Shown here: in pieces, positions 54,221 through 64,000 of the stretch
Layout of the letters: each line of letters opens with the position of its first letter
Numbering within the stretch: position 1 is the first letter of the stretch
NCBI GenBank assembly: GCA_963708025.1
Contig: CAVPSB010000015.1
Coordinates: 160,001 to 224,000 of the forward strand
Direction: 5' to 3'
Length of the DNA: 64,000 nucleotides
From: an uncultured Candidatus Rokubacteria bacterium
GTDB taxonomy: Bacteria > Methylomirabilota > Methylomirabilia > Rokubacteriales > DASRDR01
Position numbers and translations under genes: made by a program
The notes under the pieces: model-generated
Seen by the model: the letters and a program-made list of their open reading frames with translations, nothing else
Databases searched by the model: none
Told to the model about the DNA's origin: nothing

Positions 54221-55039
54221 GTGAAGCGGGAGGTGCTCCCCGGGCTGGGCCGCGCGCTCATCGGGATGGTGCACCTCCTGCCCCTGCCCGGCAGCCCGCG
54301 CTGGGCGGGCCGGATGGAGCCGGTTGTGGACCGTGCGGTGGCCGACGCTCGTGCAATCGCCGCCGGTGGGTTTCACGCCTGCCTCGTGGAGAATTTCGGG
54401 GACGTCCCGTTCAGCGCCGGGCGGGTGGATCCGGCGACCGTCGCCGCGATGGGCGTCGTCGTGGCCGAGGTCCGGGGCTCGGTGTCAGTGCCAGTGGGCG
54501 TCAACGTGCTGAAGAACGACGCCCTGGCCGCCCTGGCGGTGGCCGCGGCGTCGGGGGCGGTGTTCGTCCGCCTGAACGTGCACGTCGGCGCGGTCGTCGG
54601 CGACCAGGGCCTCCTCCAGGGCGACGCCTACGCGACGCTCCGGTACCGCCGCCTCCTCGGCACCGAGACGCGGCTCTTCGTCAACGTCGGAGGCAAGCAC
54701 GCGGTGCCGCTGGCGCCGGTCGAGCTGGAGCAGGTCGCCCACGACGCGGTCGAGCGCGGGCTTGCCGACGCCCTGGTGGTCTCCGGCCCGTCCACCGGCA
54801 AGCCGACCGAGCCGGGCGACGTCAAGCGGGTGCGGGCGGCCGTTCCCGACTGCCCGCTCCTGGTGGGCTCCGGCGTGACACCGGAGACCGTGAGCCAGCT
54901 CCTCGCGCTCGCTGACGGGGTCATCGTGGGGACGTGGCTCAAGCGCGATGGCCGGACGGCAAACCAGATCGACCCTGCGCGGGTGACCGCGCTGGCGAAG
55001 GCCGCCCGCGAGCGCAAGGGGGGCGGGGGAGGGGCATGA
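54221..55039 (+). CDS. BtpA/SgcQ family protein
   Basis: IGMVHLLPLPGSP, VENFGDVPF, GVNVLKND, LVGSGV. Confidence 0.9.
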   Translation: MKREVLPGLGRALIGMVHLLPLPGSPRWAGRMEPVVDRAVADARAIAAGGFHACLVENFGDVPFSAGRVDPATVAAMGVVVAEVRGSVSVPVGVNVLKNDALAALAVAAASGAVFVRLNVHVGAVVGDQGLLQGDAYATLRYRRLLGTETRLFVNVGGKHAVPLAPVELEQVAHDAVERGLADALVVSGPSTGKPTEPGDVKRVRAAVPDCPLLVGSGVTPETVSQLLALADGVIVGTWLKRDGRTANQIDPARVTALAKAARERKGGGGGA

Positions 55040-55599
55040 CGCCGGCCGCGGCGCAGATGCTGCGGCTGCTGGACCGGGCCACCACCCGGTGGCACTTCCC
55101 CGTGGTCGGCCGCGAGAAGGGCCGCCTGCTCCGGCGCCTGCTGACCCGCCATCGCCCGCGGCGCGCGGTCGAGATCGGCTCACTCTTCGGCTACTCCGCC
55201 ATCCTCATCGCCTCGGAGCTCCCGCCCGGCGGCCGGCTGGTCTCCGTCGAGGCGAATCCCTTTCTCGCCTGGATGGTCGAGGCCAACGTCCGGGAGGCCG
55301 GACTGGGCCGGCGGGTGACCGTGCGGAGCGGGGATGCCCGCCGGGTGATTCCGACGCTCCGCGACCGGTTCGACTTCGCCCTCATCGACGCGGCCAAGGC
55401 CGAGTACCTCGATTACCTGCGACGGCTCGAGCCGAAGCTCCGGCCGGGCGCGGTCGTCGTCGCCGACAACACCGGCATCTTCCGGCGGGACGTGGCGCCC
55501 TACCTCCGCCACGTGCGGGAGAGTGGCCGCTACCGGACCCGGGAGTACGAGTTCGGCGACGACGCGATGGAGGTCAGCATCCTGGAGCCGGGCCGGTGA
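55036..55599 (+). CDS. class I SAM-dependent O-methyltransferase
   Basis: VEIGSLFGYSA, FDFALIDAAKAEY, VVADN. Confidence 0.88.
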   Translation: MTPAAAQMLRLLDRATTRWHFPVVGREKGRLLRRLLTRHRPRRAVEIGSLFGYSAILIASELPPGGRLVSVEANPFLAWMVEANVREAGLGRRVTVRSGDARRVIPTLRDRFDFALIDAAKAEYLDYLRRLEPKLRPGAVVVADNTGIFRRDVAPYLRHVRESGRYRTREYEFGDDAMEVSILEPGR

Positions 55600-55658
55600 C
55601 CTTCCCGCCCCGGCCTCGGTCGGGTACAGCCTCAGAGCCGTCGTAGCTAGTCGTTCTC

Positions 55659-55829
55659 GGGGCAGGGCCGAGGAGCGAGCAGCGCCCACAGGCCGAAGGC
55701 CGTCCAATGGACGCAGGGAGTCGCCGACCGCAGGCGTACTCCGAGTACGCCGAGGATCGGCGACGACCCCAAAGGCCGAAGGCCGTCCGAACGACGACGC
55801 GATGCGACGCTCCTCGGCCCTGCCCTCTA
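55659..55829. repeat. modular structured repeat, copy B
   Basis: Same arms as copy A; two GGCCGAAGGCC hairpins and a GCGTAC-N5-GTACGC module. Confidence 0.85.
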
Positions 55830-56889
55830 AACGGTGGACCAGGCCGTTCGTGCGGTGCCTCGCACCGCGTCCATGACGCGCTGGACCGCCAGGCCGTCGC
55901 GGAACGTCGCGGCCGGCTCGATCGGGACCCTTGTCCAGGATGGCGGTCGCCAGGTGGTCGACCAGGCGGATGAACGAGAGGCCCCACAGCGCGGCGTAGT
56001 TCATCCCCGGCGCCGGGGCCAGCGTCTCCGGCTCGGTCAGCTCCGCCAGCGTCTGCCCGAGCCGGGCGCCCCACAGCCGGTCGGCGTCGTCCAGGGCCAG
56101 CGTGCCTTCGTCGCCCCACACCTCGATCCGCGGGCCCGTGGCGTGCGCGGCGACCACGCTCAGCAGGAGGACGCCGACGGCCCCCGAGGCGAAGCGGAGC
56201 CCGAGCGTCGTGAAGTCGTCCGTCGTCACCGGACGGCGACCCGACCCGTCCGGCGCCGGGCGCTCCTTCACGAAGGTCTCGACGGTTCCGGAGACGCTCG
56301 CGATCTCGCCGAGCCAGTAGCGGAGAAGGTCGATCTGGTGGGAGCCGACGGCGCCCAGGAGCCCGCCGCCCCGGGCGGCGTCGAACCACCAGCCCCAGGG
56401 GAGGTTCGGGTCGCGCCGGCCGCCGCCCACGAGAGTGAGCAAGACGTGACGGGGCTGCCCGATGAACCCCTCGCCGATCAGGCGCTTGACCTTCCGGCGG
56501 TTCGGGTTGAACCGCAGCTCGTGGTCGATGACGTGGACCACGCCGGCCCGCTCGGCCGTCCCCAGCATGTCGGCCGCCTCGGCGGCCGTGAGCGCCATCG
56601 GCTTCTCGCACAGGACGTGCCGCCGGGCGGCGAGCGCCGCCATCGTCATCGGGTGATGCAGGTGCGTCGGCGAGGTGATGCTGACCAGGTCGAGGTCGGC
56701 TCGGGCCAGGTCGGCGTACGCGTCGAAGGCGTGCGGGATCCCGAAGGCGTCGGCCACCTTCCGGGCCTTGCCGGGCTGGCCGCTCGCGACGGCCACGACC
56801 TCGACCCGGGGGTGACGCCGAAACGCCGGGATCTGCACTGTGCTGCCGAAGCCCGTTCCGATGACCCCCACCTTCAGCTTCGCGGCCAT
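55827..56889 (-). CDS. Gfo/Idh/MocA family oxidoreductase (frameshift near 55925)
   Basis: GVIGTGFG, HVLCEKPMA, GGGLLGAVGSHQID. Confidence 0.9.
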
Positions 56890-56903
56890 GCGCTTCCTCC
56901 CGG

Positions 56904-58062
56904 TCAGGCGTGAGGTGGCCGGACCCCATCCGCCAGCGCGGCGAGGATCTCCGGCCCGAACGTGTCGACGCGCCACTGCCGGAGCCCCGGGACGCCCCGG
57001 AGCGCGACGAGGTCGTCGGGCGGCGCGGCGGCTAGGGCGTCGATCAGGCGCTGGGGCAGGAGCACCCCGGGGTCGCAGCCCGGTGCGCTCCGCCGCCGTC
57101 GCCCGCCAGCCCCGGAGCCGCTCGGCCCGCTGCTGCACGTGAGGCGGGACGAGCGGCCGCCGGCGCCGCTCCGGGCGCGGCTCGTCCGCAAGCGGTTCGG
57201 CGAGGCCGCGGGCGACGGCGTCCACGATCCCCTCGCCGTAGCGCTCGATCAGTCGCGGCGTCAGCCCGGCGATGTCCGCCAGCGCCTCGCGCGAGCGGGG
57301 CCGGGCGGAGGCCAGCGCCACCAGCGTGTCCGGGCTGAGCACCTTGAAGGGTGGCCGGCGCTCGGCGCGGGCCCACGCTTCGCGCTGGCGATGCAGCGCT
57401 CGCAGGAGCGCCAGGCCCTGCCGGTCGAGCCGCGAGGCGCCCCGGAGCCGCCGGTAGCCGTCCTCGTCGGCCGCTCGCTCGACGACCGGCTGGCTCGCCA
57501 GCGCCTCGCACTCCTCGACGAGCCAGGCGTCGCGGCCGATCCCCCGCAGCTCGGTCACCAGGCGCTCGTTGAGCAGGATCAGGTGCCGGACGTCCTCGGC
57601 CGCGTACGCCTCCTGGGCCGGCGTCAGCGGACGCCGGGCCCAGTCCGCCTTCTGCTGCGACTGGATCGGCTTGATCCCCAGGTAGCGCTCGAGCAGGGCG
57701 TCGAGCCCGAGCTCCCGGATGCCGAGGAAGCGCGCGGCCAGCATGGTGTCGGAGATGCGGGCGAAGGTGAAGCCGAAGCGGCGCTTCAGGTGCCCGAGGT
57801 CGTTCTCGGCGCTGTGGAAGACCTGGAGGGTGGCGCGATCGGCGCAGAGGGGGCGGAGCGGCTCCAGGTCGGGAAGCGCGAGGGGGTCGACCAGGTAGAC
57901 GTGGTCGTCGGCGTCGGCGACCTGGACCAGGCAGAGCCGCTCGGGGTAGTGGTGGAGGCTGTCGGCCTCGGTGTCGATGGCGATCGCTGCCGCACCGGCG
58001 AGCTGACGGCCAAGCGCGGCCAGCTCATCCGGGGAGCGGATCCAGACAGGGCTAGCTGACAC
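56904..58062 (-). CDS. rnd: ribonuclease D with HRDC domains (frameshift near 57075)
   Basis: IDTEADSLHHY, FHSAENDL, DTMLAA, DWARRPLT, YAAEDV. Confidence 0.9.
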
Positions 58063-58137
58063 TTCCTCAGGATACCAGGGGTTTGGCCCGCTTAGGCGTC
58101 CACGAATGCCGAAGTCATGGCAGACGAGTCGAGTTCT

Positions 58138-58250
58138 TGGGGGCAGGGCCGAGGAGCGAGCGCCCAAAGGCCGAAGGCCCTCCGATCCACGCCGGCCGAG
58201 CGCGTCCCGACCGAGACGAACATCGCGAAGCTCATCGGCCTCGCCCGCTA
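58138..58250. repeat. modular structured repeat, copy C
   Basis: GGGCAGGGCCGAGGAGC...GCTCATCGGCCTCGCCCGCTA. Confidence 0.75.
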
Positions 58251-58309
58251 GTCTTCTTGAGGGCCGGAAGTGGTGCTGAATGAGTCAATTTTCCGCAACA
58301 CCGGCTCTC

Positions 58310-58437
58310 GGGGCGTGGCCGAGACCCGAGCAGCCCTAGGACGCAGGGAGTCGCCGACCGGAAGCGTACCCCGGGTACGCTGAGGATCGGCGACGACCGA
58401 GGACGACGGGATGCGACGGGTATCGGCCACGCCGCTA
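58310..58437. repeat. modular structured repeat, copy D
   Basis: GGCGTGGCCGAGACCCG...CGGGTATCGGCCACGCCGCTA with GCGTAC..GTACGC module. Confidence 0.8.
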
Positions 58438-59395
58438 GTCCTCGCTCCAGCGCTCCAGCAGTCGAGCGCCCAGCGAGCGGTGGCCCAGGAAGAAGTACGT
58501 CAGCATGGCGGCCGCGGCGAGCAGGTTGGCGATGGCGATGTTCCACCACATCAGGGCGCCGACCAGCGCCTCGTCGAGCGCGGAGACGAAGCCCAGGAAG
58601 AACAGCTCGAAGCACCAGAAGAGGATGAAGAGCCCGAGCAGGATCCGGGGCTCGCGCTCGGCCATCGTGATGGCGGCCGCGGCCAGGATGCCGAAGGCCG
58701 CGAAGGCGGCGAAGTGGAGCACGGTGTAGCCGAGGACGACGTTGAGGTGGACTTGCAGGGTCGCCGGGTCACGCAGGCCCTCGAAGAGGGCGCTGCCGAG
58801 CAGCGCCGGCGTCCGCAGGCGGCGTGCCGCGAAGCGTGTCGTAGATCAGGAACCACACGACGACCACGCCTCCCCCGATCAGGCCGGCCACGATGCCCTC
58901 GCGGACCACGGCGATCCACCGGCCCCCGAGCGTCTCCGCGAGCGCGCGATGCCGGCGGAAGAAGTAGCCGAGCATGGAGAGGGCGGCCAGGAAGTTGCCG
59001 ATCAGGATGGCCCACCAGGCGATGACGCCGAGGATCGGACGGGCCAGGAAGGTCACCAGCGCCAGGAAGAAGACCTCGAAGGCGGCGAAGAAGATCAGGA
59101 GCGCGACCAGCATCGCGGGCTCGCGCTCGGCGCCGGCGACCAGGGCCGCCGCCACGATGCCGAAGGCGGCGAACGCCAGGACGTGGACGATCGTGTACCC
59201 GAGGACCGGGCCGAAGGCGACCGGGACGGCGCCGGTGGGGGCGGCGCCGCGGATGAGGCCGTCCCAGAGAACCGCCGGCGTGCGCAGCGGCGTGCGCTGG
59301 ACCAGGTCGAAGACGAGGAACCAGACGGCGACCGTCGCGGCGCCGATCAGGCCCGCGACGATGCCTTCCCGCACGATGCGCGTGTCGCTGCTCAT
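58435..59395 (-). CDS. membrane protein with internal tandem duplication (frameshift about 58820)
   Basis: Two repeats of REGIVAGLIG..V.VWFL..D....TP...GYT..H...F.AFGI...W..I.I.N.LAA..ML.YF. Confidence 0.8.
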
Positions 59396-59425
59396 GGTGT
59401 TCTCCTCCCGGATCCGGCCTTGGAT

Positions 59426-59489
59426 CGGGACCTCCCACCCACCCCCCCCAGCCCCCCTCCCCCACCCACCGGGGGGAGGGGGGTGCCGG
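59426..59489 (+). repeat. about 65-bp G/C-run palindromic repeat, copy 3
   Basis: Near-identical to 24049-24114. Confidence 0.85.
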
Positions 59490-59513
59490 TGCAACCGATT
59501 CCTTCACAATCTC

Positions 59514-60287
59514 TCAACGCGGCCCCGGCGCTACCGCCGCCGCGGGCTCGGCCTCCTCGAGGCTCGCCCACCGGAAGAACACGACGGTCCCCGCCACCAC
59601 GTAGGCGAGGGGCCCCACCACCCACATGAGGACGCCGGCGAGCTCCTGGTCGGCCCGGGGCGAGAGCGGCCACCACGGGGCCGTCGTCGCGTAGAAGGGG
59701 TAGAGGAGCTCCTCGGCCAGCGTGATCGGAGCGGCGACGGTCATCATGGGCACCGAGGAGACGAAGAGGAAGAGAAGCTGGGCCGGCGGGGTGGGCCGCG
59801 GCCACTCGGGCAGCGGCCCCAGCAGGGGCCACCAGGCGAGCAGGCCGGTTCCTAGGAGCGTCAGGTGCTCCAGGATGTGCACCGTCTCGTGGTGGAGGGC
59901 CGCCTCGAAGAGGGCGGGGCGGTGCCAGACGACCAGGACGGCGGCGGGAACGAGGAGCGCCACCGCGGGTCGGGTGAGCGCCCGGCCCGCGGCCTCGATT
60001 CCGGGAATCCGCAGCAGGGGCCGGAGAAGGCGCGCCGGCGTGCCGGCGAGCCACAGCGGCGGCACCACCAGGGTCAGCAGGAGGTGCTGGACCATGTGTC
60101 CGCTGAGGGAGACGTGCTCGGCCCACTCGGCCACCGGGCCGAGCAGGGCCGCAGCCAGGGCCACGATCCCGCCGAGGAAGAAGCCCAGCTGCCGGGCGGT
60201 GACGCGCGGTCCGACGGCCCAGAGGTAGACCGCGAGGAGCCCGCTGAGGCCGAGCGCGACGCTGGGGTGCCAGTGCCAGAGGTTCAT
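59514..60287 (-). CDS. ctaG: caa3-type cytochrome c oxidase assembly factor CtaG
   Basis: HMVQHLLL, WHRP, HILEH, DQELAGVLMW. Confidence 0.88.
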   Translation of the reverse strand: MNLWHWHPSVALGLSGLLAVYLWAVGPRVTARQLGFFLGGIVALAAALLGPVAEWAEHVSLSGHMVQHLLLTLVVPPLWLAGTPARLLRPLLRIPGIEAAGRALTRPAVALLVPAAVLVVWHRPALFEAALHHETVHILEHLTLLGTGLLAWWPLLGPLPEWPRPTPPAQLLFLFVSSVPMMTVAAPITLAEELLYPFYATTAPWWPLSPRADQELAGVLMWVVGPLAYVVAGTVVFFRWASLEEAEPAAAVAPGPR

Positions 60288-60634
60288 CAGGGAGACGCCG
60301 GCCTGATGCCCGTCGTCCCGACGTGGCCGAATAGCCACAGCAGGGAGATGACCAGGAGGACGGCCACGATGAGCGGGCCGACGAAGAGATAGGAGAACCA
60401 GACGTGGTCGAAGCGGAGGTGCATGTAGAACATCGCCACCAGCGCGAACTTGGCCAGGGCCAGGAAGACCAGGACCGGCACGAGGACGCGGGCCATGGCC
60501 GGGATGTAGAAGACGGCGACCTCCATGACGGTGAGCAGCAGGAGGAAGGCGGCGATCACCAGGTAGGTGCGCGGCCCGGCCTGGGGATGGGTGGCGCTGG
60601 GCGCGGCCGCGAGGGGGCTGGGGTGGGTGCTCAC
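60287..60634 (-). CDS. ctaF: cytochrome c oxidase subunit IV
   Basis: LTVMEV...AKFALVAMFYMHLRFD. Confidence 0.88.
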   Translation of the reverse strand: MSTHPSPLAAAPSATHPQAGPRTYLVIAAFLLLLTVMEVAVFYIPAMARVLVPVLVFLALAKFALVAMFYMHLRFDHVWFSYLFVGPLIVAVLLVISLLWLFGHVGTTGIRPASP

Positions 60635-60662
60635 GGCTCTCGGCCTCCCGGCTCCCGGTCGA

Positions 60663-63096
60663 TCACTGGATCAGGTAGATGAAGGTGAAGATCGCGATCC
60701 ACACCACGTCCACGAAGTGCCAGTAGAGCCCGGCGATGTCGACCAGGACCGCCTGGGACTGGCCGATCCGGCCGCGCCGGGTGAGGTACCAGAGGGTCGC
60801 GAGCCAGATGACCCCGACCGTGACGTGGGCGCCGTGGAAGCCGACCGTGACGTAGAACGTCGAGCCGAAGAGGTTCGTGGTGAGCCCGAGCCCCTCGTGG
60901 AAGAACTCGTTGAACTCGTAGACCTGACCGCCCAGGAAGATCAGCCCCCAGCGCCACCGTGGCCAGGAGCCAGCGCTGGGTCGCCGCGGTGTCGCCCCGC
61001 TGGATTGCGCCCACCGCCAGCACCATCGTCAGGCTCGACATCAGGAGATCGAAGGTGCTGAACGAGGTGAGCGGGATGTTCAGGATCTCGTGGGGCGTCG
61101 GCCCGCCGAGGCTCCGGCCCTTGTACACCAGGTAGACCGAGACGAGCGTCGCGAAGAAGAAGCACTCCGAGCCGATGAACGCCCAGATGCCCATCTTCCG
61201 GTGGTCGAGCCCCGATGTGCCGATGTTGACGTCGGCGTCGTGGCCGGCCGCGGTCGCGGGGGCCCGGGACGGCAGATGCTCCAGCGCGATCGCGAAGGCG
61301 CCGAGGACGGTGAGGAGGGCGCCCACGACCATCAGCGAGAGGTGGAGGAGCAGGCCGGCCGTCATGATCAGCATGGCCAGCGCCGTGAGGAACGGCCAGA
61401 TGGAGGCGGCCGGCATGTGGATCGGCTCCCGGAGGGTCGTGAGGGCGGCGGGGTCGGCGAGCCCGGGCCCGCGCTGGTCGGGATGCTTGGTGAGCCACAG
61501 CGCGTCGCGGCGCAGCACGCTGGGCACCGTCGCGAAGTTGTAGGACGGCGGCGGGGAGGGGATGGCCCACTCCAGCGTCCGGCCGTCCCACGGGTCGGGA
61601 GGAGCGGCGGCGCCGCGGGTCAGGCTGCGCCAGGCGTTGCCGAGGAACACCAGGATCGCCAGGCCGATGCCGAGCGCGCCGACGGTGGCCACCAGGTTCC
61701 AAAAGCCCCAGCCGAGCCCGCCCGGGTACGTGTAGATGCGACGGGGCATCCCCATCATCCCGAGGAAGTGCATCGGGAAGAAGGTCAGGTTCATGCTGAT
61801 CAGCATGAGCCAGAAGTGCAGCCGGCCCAGCCGCTCGTCGAGCATCCGCCCGGTCATCTTGGGCCACCAGTAGTAGATGCCCGCGAAGAGGCCGAGGAGA
61901 GTGCCGCCGAAGAGCACGTAATGGAAGTGGGCGACCACGAAGTAGGTGTCGGTCTGCTGGAGATCGACGGGGGGCGAGGCGTGCATGATGCCCGACAGCC
62001 CGCCGATCGTGAACATCGCGATGAAGCCGCAGGCGAAGTGGAGCGCGGTGGTGAAGCGGAGGGACCCACCCCACAGCGTGGCCAGCCAGTTGAAGATCTT
62101 GATGCCGGTGGGGATGGCGATGATCATCGAGGCCAGCCCGAAGGCCGAGTCGGCGATCGGGCCCATCCCGACCGCGAACATGTGATGCGCCCAGACCCCG
62201 AACCCGAAGAACCCGATCAGCGCGGTGGCGTAGACGATCGTCACGTAGCCGAAGATCGGCTTCCGCGCGAAGGTCGGGATCACCTCCGAGACGATGCCCA
62301 TGGCGGGCAGGATCAGGATGTAGACCTCCGGGTGGCCGAAGATCCAGAAGAGGTGCTGCCAGAGGATCGGCGAGCCGCCCCCGGCCGGCAGGTAGAAGGA
62401 CGTCCCGAGGAACCGGTCGAACCCGAGGAGGATGAGGGCGACGGTGATCGGCGGGAAGGCACAGAGCAGGAGGACGGACGTGACCGCCGTATTCCAGACG
62501 AAGATGGGCATCCGGAGGAAGGTCATGCCGGGCGCCCGCAGGTTGACGATCGTGACCAGGAAGTTCAGGGCCGAGATGATCGACGAGACGCCCAGGAAGA
62601 GCAGCCCCAGGAGCCAGAAATCCGTGTGCGGCCCCACCGAGAAGGGCTTCTCGGTGAGGGTCGCGTAGCCGAACCAGCCGGCGTGGGGCGCCGCGCCGAC
62701 CAGGAAGCTCGAGTTGATGAAGAGGCCGCCGAGCAGGAAGATCCAGTACGAGAAGGCGTTGAGCCGCGGGAAGGCGACGTCGCGCGCGCCGATGAGGAGC
62801 GGCACCAGGTAGTTGAAGAAGGTGGCGCTCAGCGGCATCAGCGCCAGGAAGACCATCGTGGTGCCGTGCATCGTGAAGAGCTGGTTGAACGTCTCGGCGC
62901 CGATGACCCGGGCGTCGGGCACCGCCAGCTGGAGGCGGATGAGGAGCGCCTCCAGGCCGCCGATGAGGAAGAAGGCGAGGGCGGAGACGCCGTAGAGGAT
63001 GCCGATCCGCTTGTGGTCGACGGTGGTCAGCCAGCCGATCAGACCGCTCGACTCGGCGCCGGCGTGCGTGCGCAGCGTCGCTTCAGTAACCGCCAT
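60663..63096 (-). CDS. ctaD: fused cytochrome c oxidase subunit I + III (A1-type; frameshift near 60945)
   Basis: TVDHKRIG, TMHGTTM, GHPEVY, WAHHM, VVAHFHY; then MGIWAFIGSE, GFHGAHV, YWHFVD in one ORF apart from one indel. Confidence 0.93.
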
Positions 63097-63110
63097 CGGC
63101 CAATTCATCA

Positions 63111-63326
63111 TGCCGGGCCGAGAACCGAGCAGCCCCCGCAGGCCGTAGGCCGTCCAACCGACGCAGGCCGGCGCCCACCGCAGGCGTACGCCCTGGTACG
63201 CCGAGGATGGGCGCCGGCCGAGGACGCCCGTAGGTCGAGACGGACGCCACAGGCGAGGCGTCCGATCGACGCAGGCCGAGCGCGTCACGACCGGGATGGA
63301 CGATGCGAAGGTTCTCGGCACGGCTA
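63111..63326. repeat. modular structured repeat, copy E (between oxidase subunit II and I genes)
   Basis: GCCGGGCCGAGAACC...GGTTCTCGGCACGGCTA arms with GGCCGTAGGCC and GCGTAC..GTACGC modules. Confidence 0.8.
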
Positions 63327-64000
63327 TTTCAAGCTCGTCAGGTAGGCGGTCAGGGCGGTCACCTGCACCTCGGTCAGCTTCAGATCGGGCATCAGAGAGC
63401 CCGGCTTGACCCCCGGCGGATCCTTCAGCCACCGGCTCAGGTTCTCGTGGGTGTTGCGGAGCATGCCGCCGGCGATCGTCTTCCGGGAGGCGAAGTGGGT
63501 GAGGTCCGGGCCGATCTGGCCGCCGGAGAGCCCCTGAATCGCGTGACAGCCGATGCAGGCCTGGGTCGTGAAGAGCTGACGGCCCTGCGCGGCGGGGCTG
63601 CCCTCCGGGGGCTCGGTGGCGGGCGCCTTCTGGCGCGCGACCCACGCCTGGAACTCCTGGCCCGGCAGGACGACGGCCAGGTGCCGCATGTTGGCGTGGG
63701 ACACGCCGCAGAACTCGGCGCACTGGCCCGGGTACTCCCCGGGTGCCGCCGGCGTCAGCAGGATCCGGTTGAGCTGGCCGGGCGGTGTGTCCCGCTTGCC
63801 GCCGAGTCCTGGCACCCAGAAGCTGTGGATGACGTCGATCGAGCCGAGGTCGAAGGCCACTCGCTGGCCGAGCGGGAGGTAGAGGTCGGTCGCCGTCGTG
63901 ATCCCGAGGTCCGGATACTGGAATTCCCACCACCACTGGTGCCCGATCACCCGCACCTTGAGGGCGTCGGGCGCGGGGGGGGCCTGCGTCCGGAAGATGG
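63324..64000 (-). CDS. ctaC: cytochrome c oxidase subunit II with fused cytochrome c (caa3), 5'-truncated by window edge
   Basis: GHQWWWEF, DVIHSFW, CuA motif CAEFCGVSHANM, CIGCH, GPDLTHF. Confidence 0.95.
   Translation of the reverse strand, partial: IFRTQAPPAPDALKVRVIGHQWWWEFQYPDLGITTATDLYLPLGQRVAFDLGSIDVIHSFWVPGLGGKRDTPPGQLNRILLTPAAPGEYPGQCAEFCGVSHANMRHLAVVLPGQEFQAWVARQKAPATEPPEGSPAAQGRQLFTTQACIGCHAIQGLSGGQIGPDLTHFASRKTIAGGMLRNTHENLSRWLKDPPGVKPGSLMPDLKLTEVQVTALTAYLTSLK

Noticed and set aside
55180-58167. RNase D-Gfo/Idh/MocA fusion (995 aa)
   Set aside because: Produced by indels near 57075 and 55925; each gene has its own start and stop
58248-58430. 60-aa ORF
   Set aside because: Mostly made of repeat copy D; no coding signal

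Overview
This is a very GC-rich bacterial chromosomal window. The gene content and repeat style suggest a Rokubacteria/Methylomirabilota-like soil organism, which is inference only. Many genes are split by 1-bp indels that look like long-read or consensus errors, densest at about 33.2-36.8 kb and 43.2-46.5 kb. From left to right the window holds: a collagen-like surface protein; an amidohydrolase plus PotABCD-type ABC transporter operon; an FAD oxidoreductase; two VapBC toxin-antitoxin pairs; aromatic-catabolism genes; a cardiolipin synthase-like PLD; an ATP-grasp/GCS2/peptidase/esterase amidoligase cluster; an MFS transporter; and beta-barrels. The best candidate for an undescribed system is a redox locus at about 31.1-50.7 kb. 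It encodes an outer-membrane beta-barrel, a 10-heme cytochrome with a LVIVD beta-propeller, an orphan GspD secretin, a 4-heme c554-like cytochrome and a NuoEF fusion. It also encodes a NuoG/HydA-like FeS protein in which two cNMP-binding domains and a polyferredoxin replace the catalytic domain, a His-rich membrane protein, a second 10-heme cytochrome and a double GlcG/HbpS protein. This reads as a putative cyclic-nucleotide-gated NAD(H)-to-cell-surface electron conduit, with an IS (5-bp TSD) inserted between its divergent promoters. The right end carries LigD, BtpA, an O-methyltransferase, a Gfo/Idh/MocA oxidoreductase, RNase D and a caa3-type oxidase operon. Several structured intergenic repeat families occur, including a covarying modular element that always ends at a minus-strand TAG, usually a gene's stop codon.
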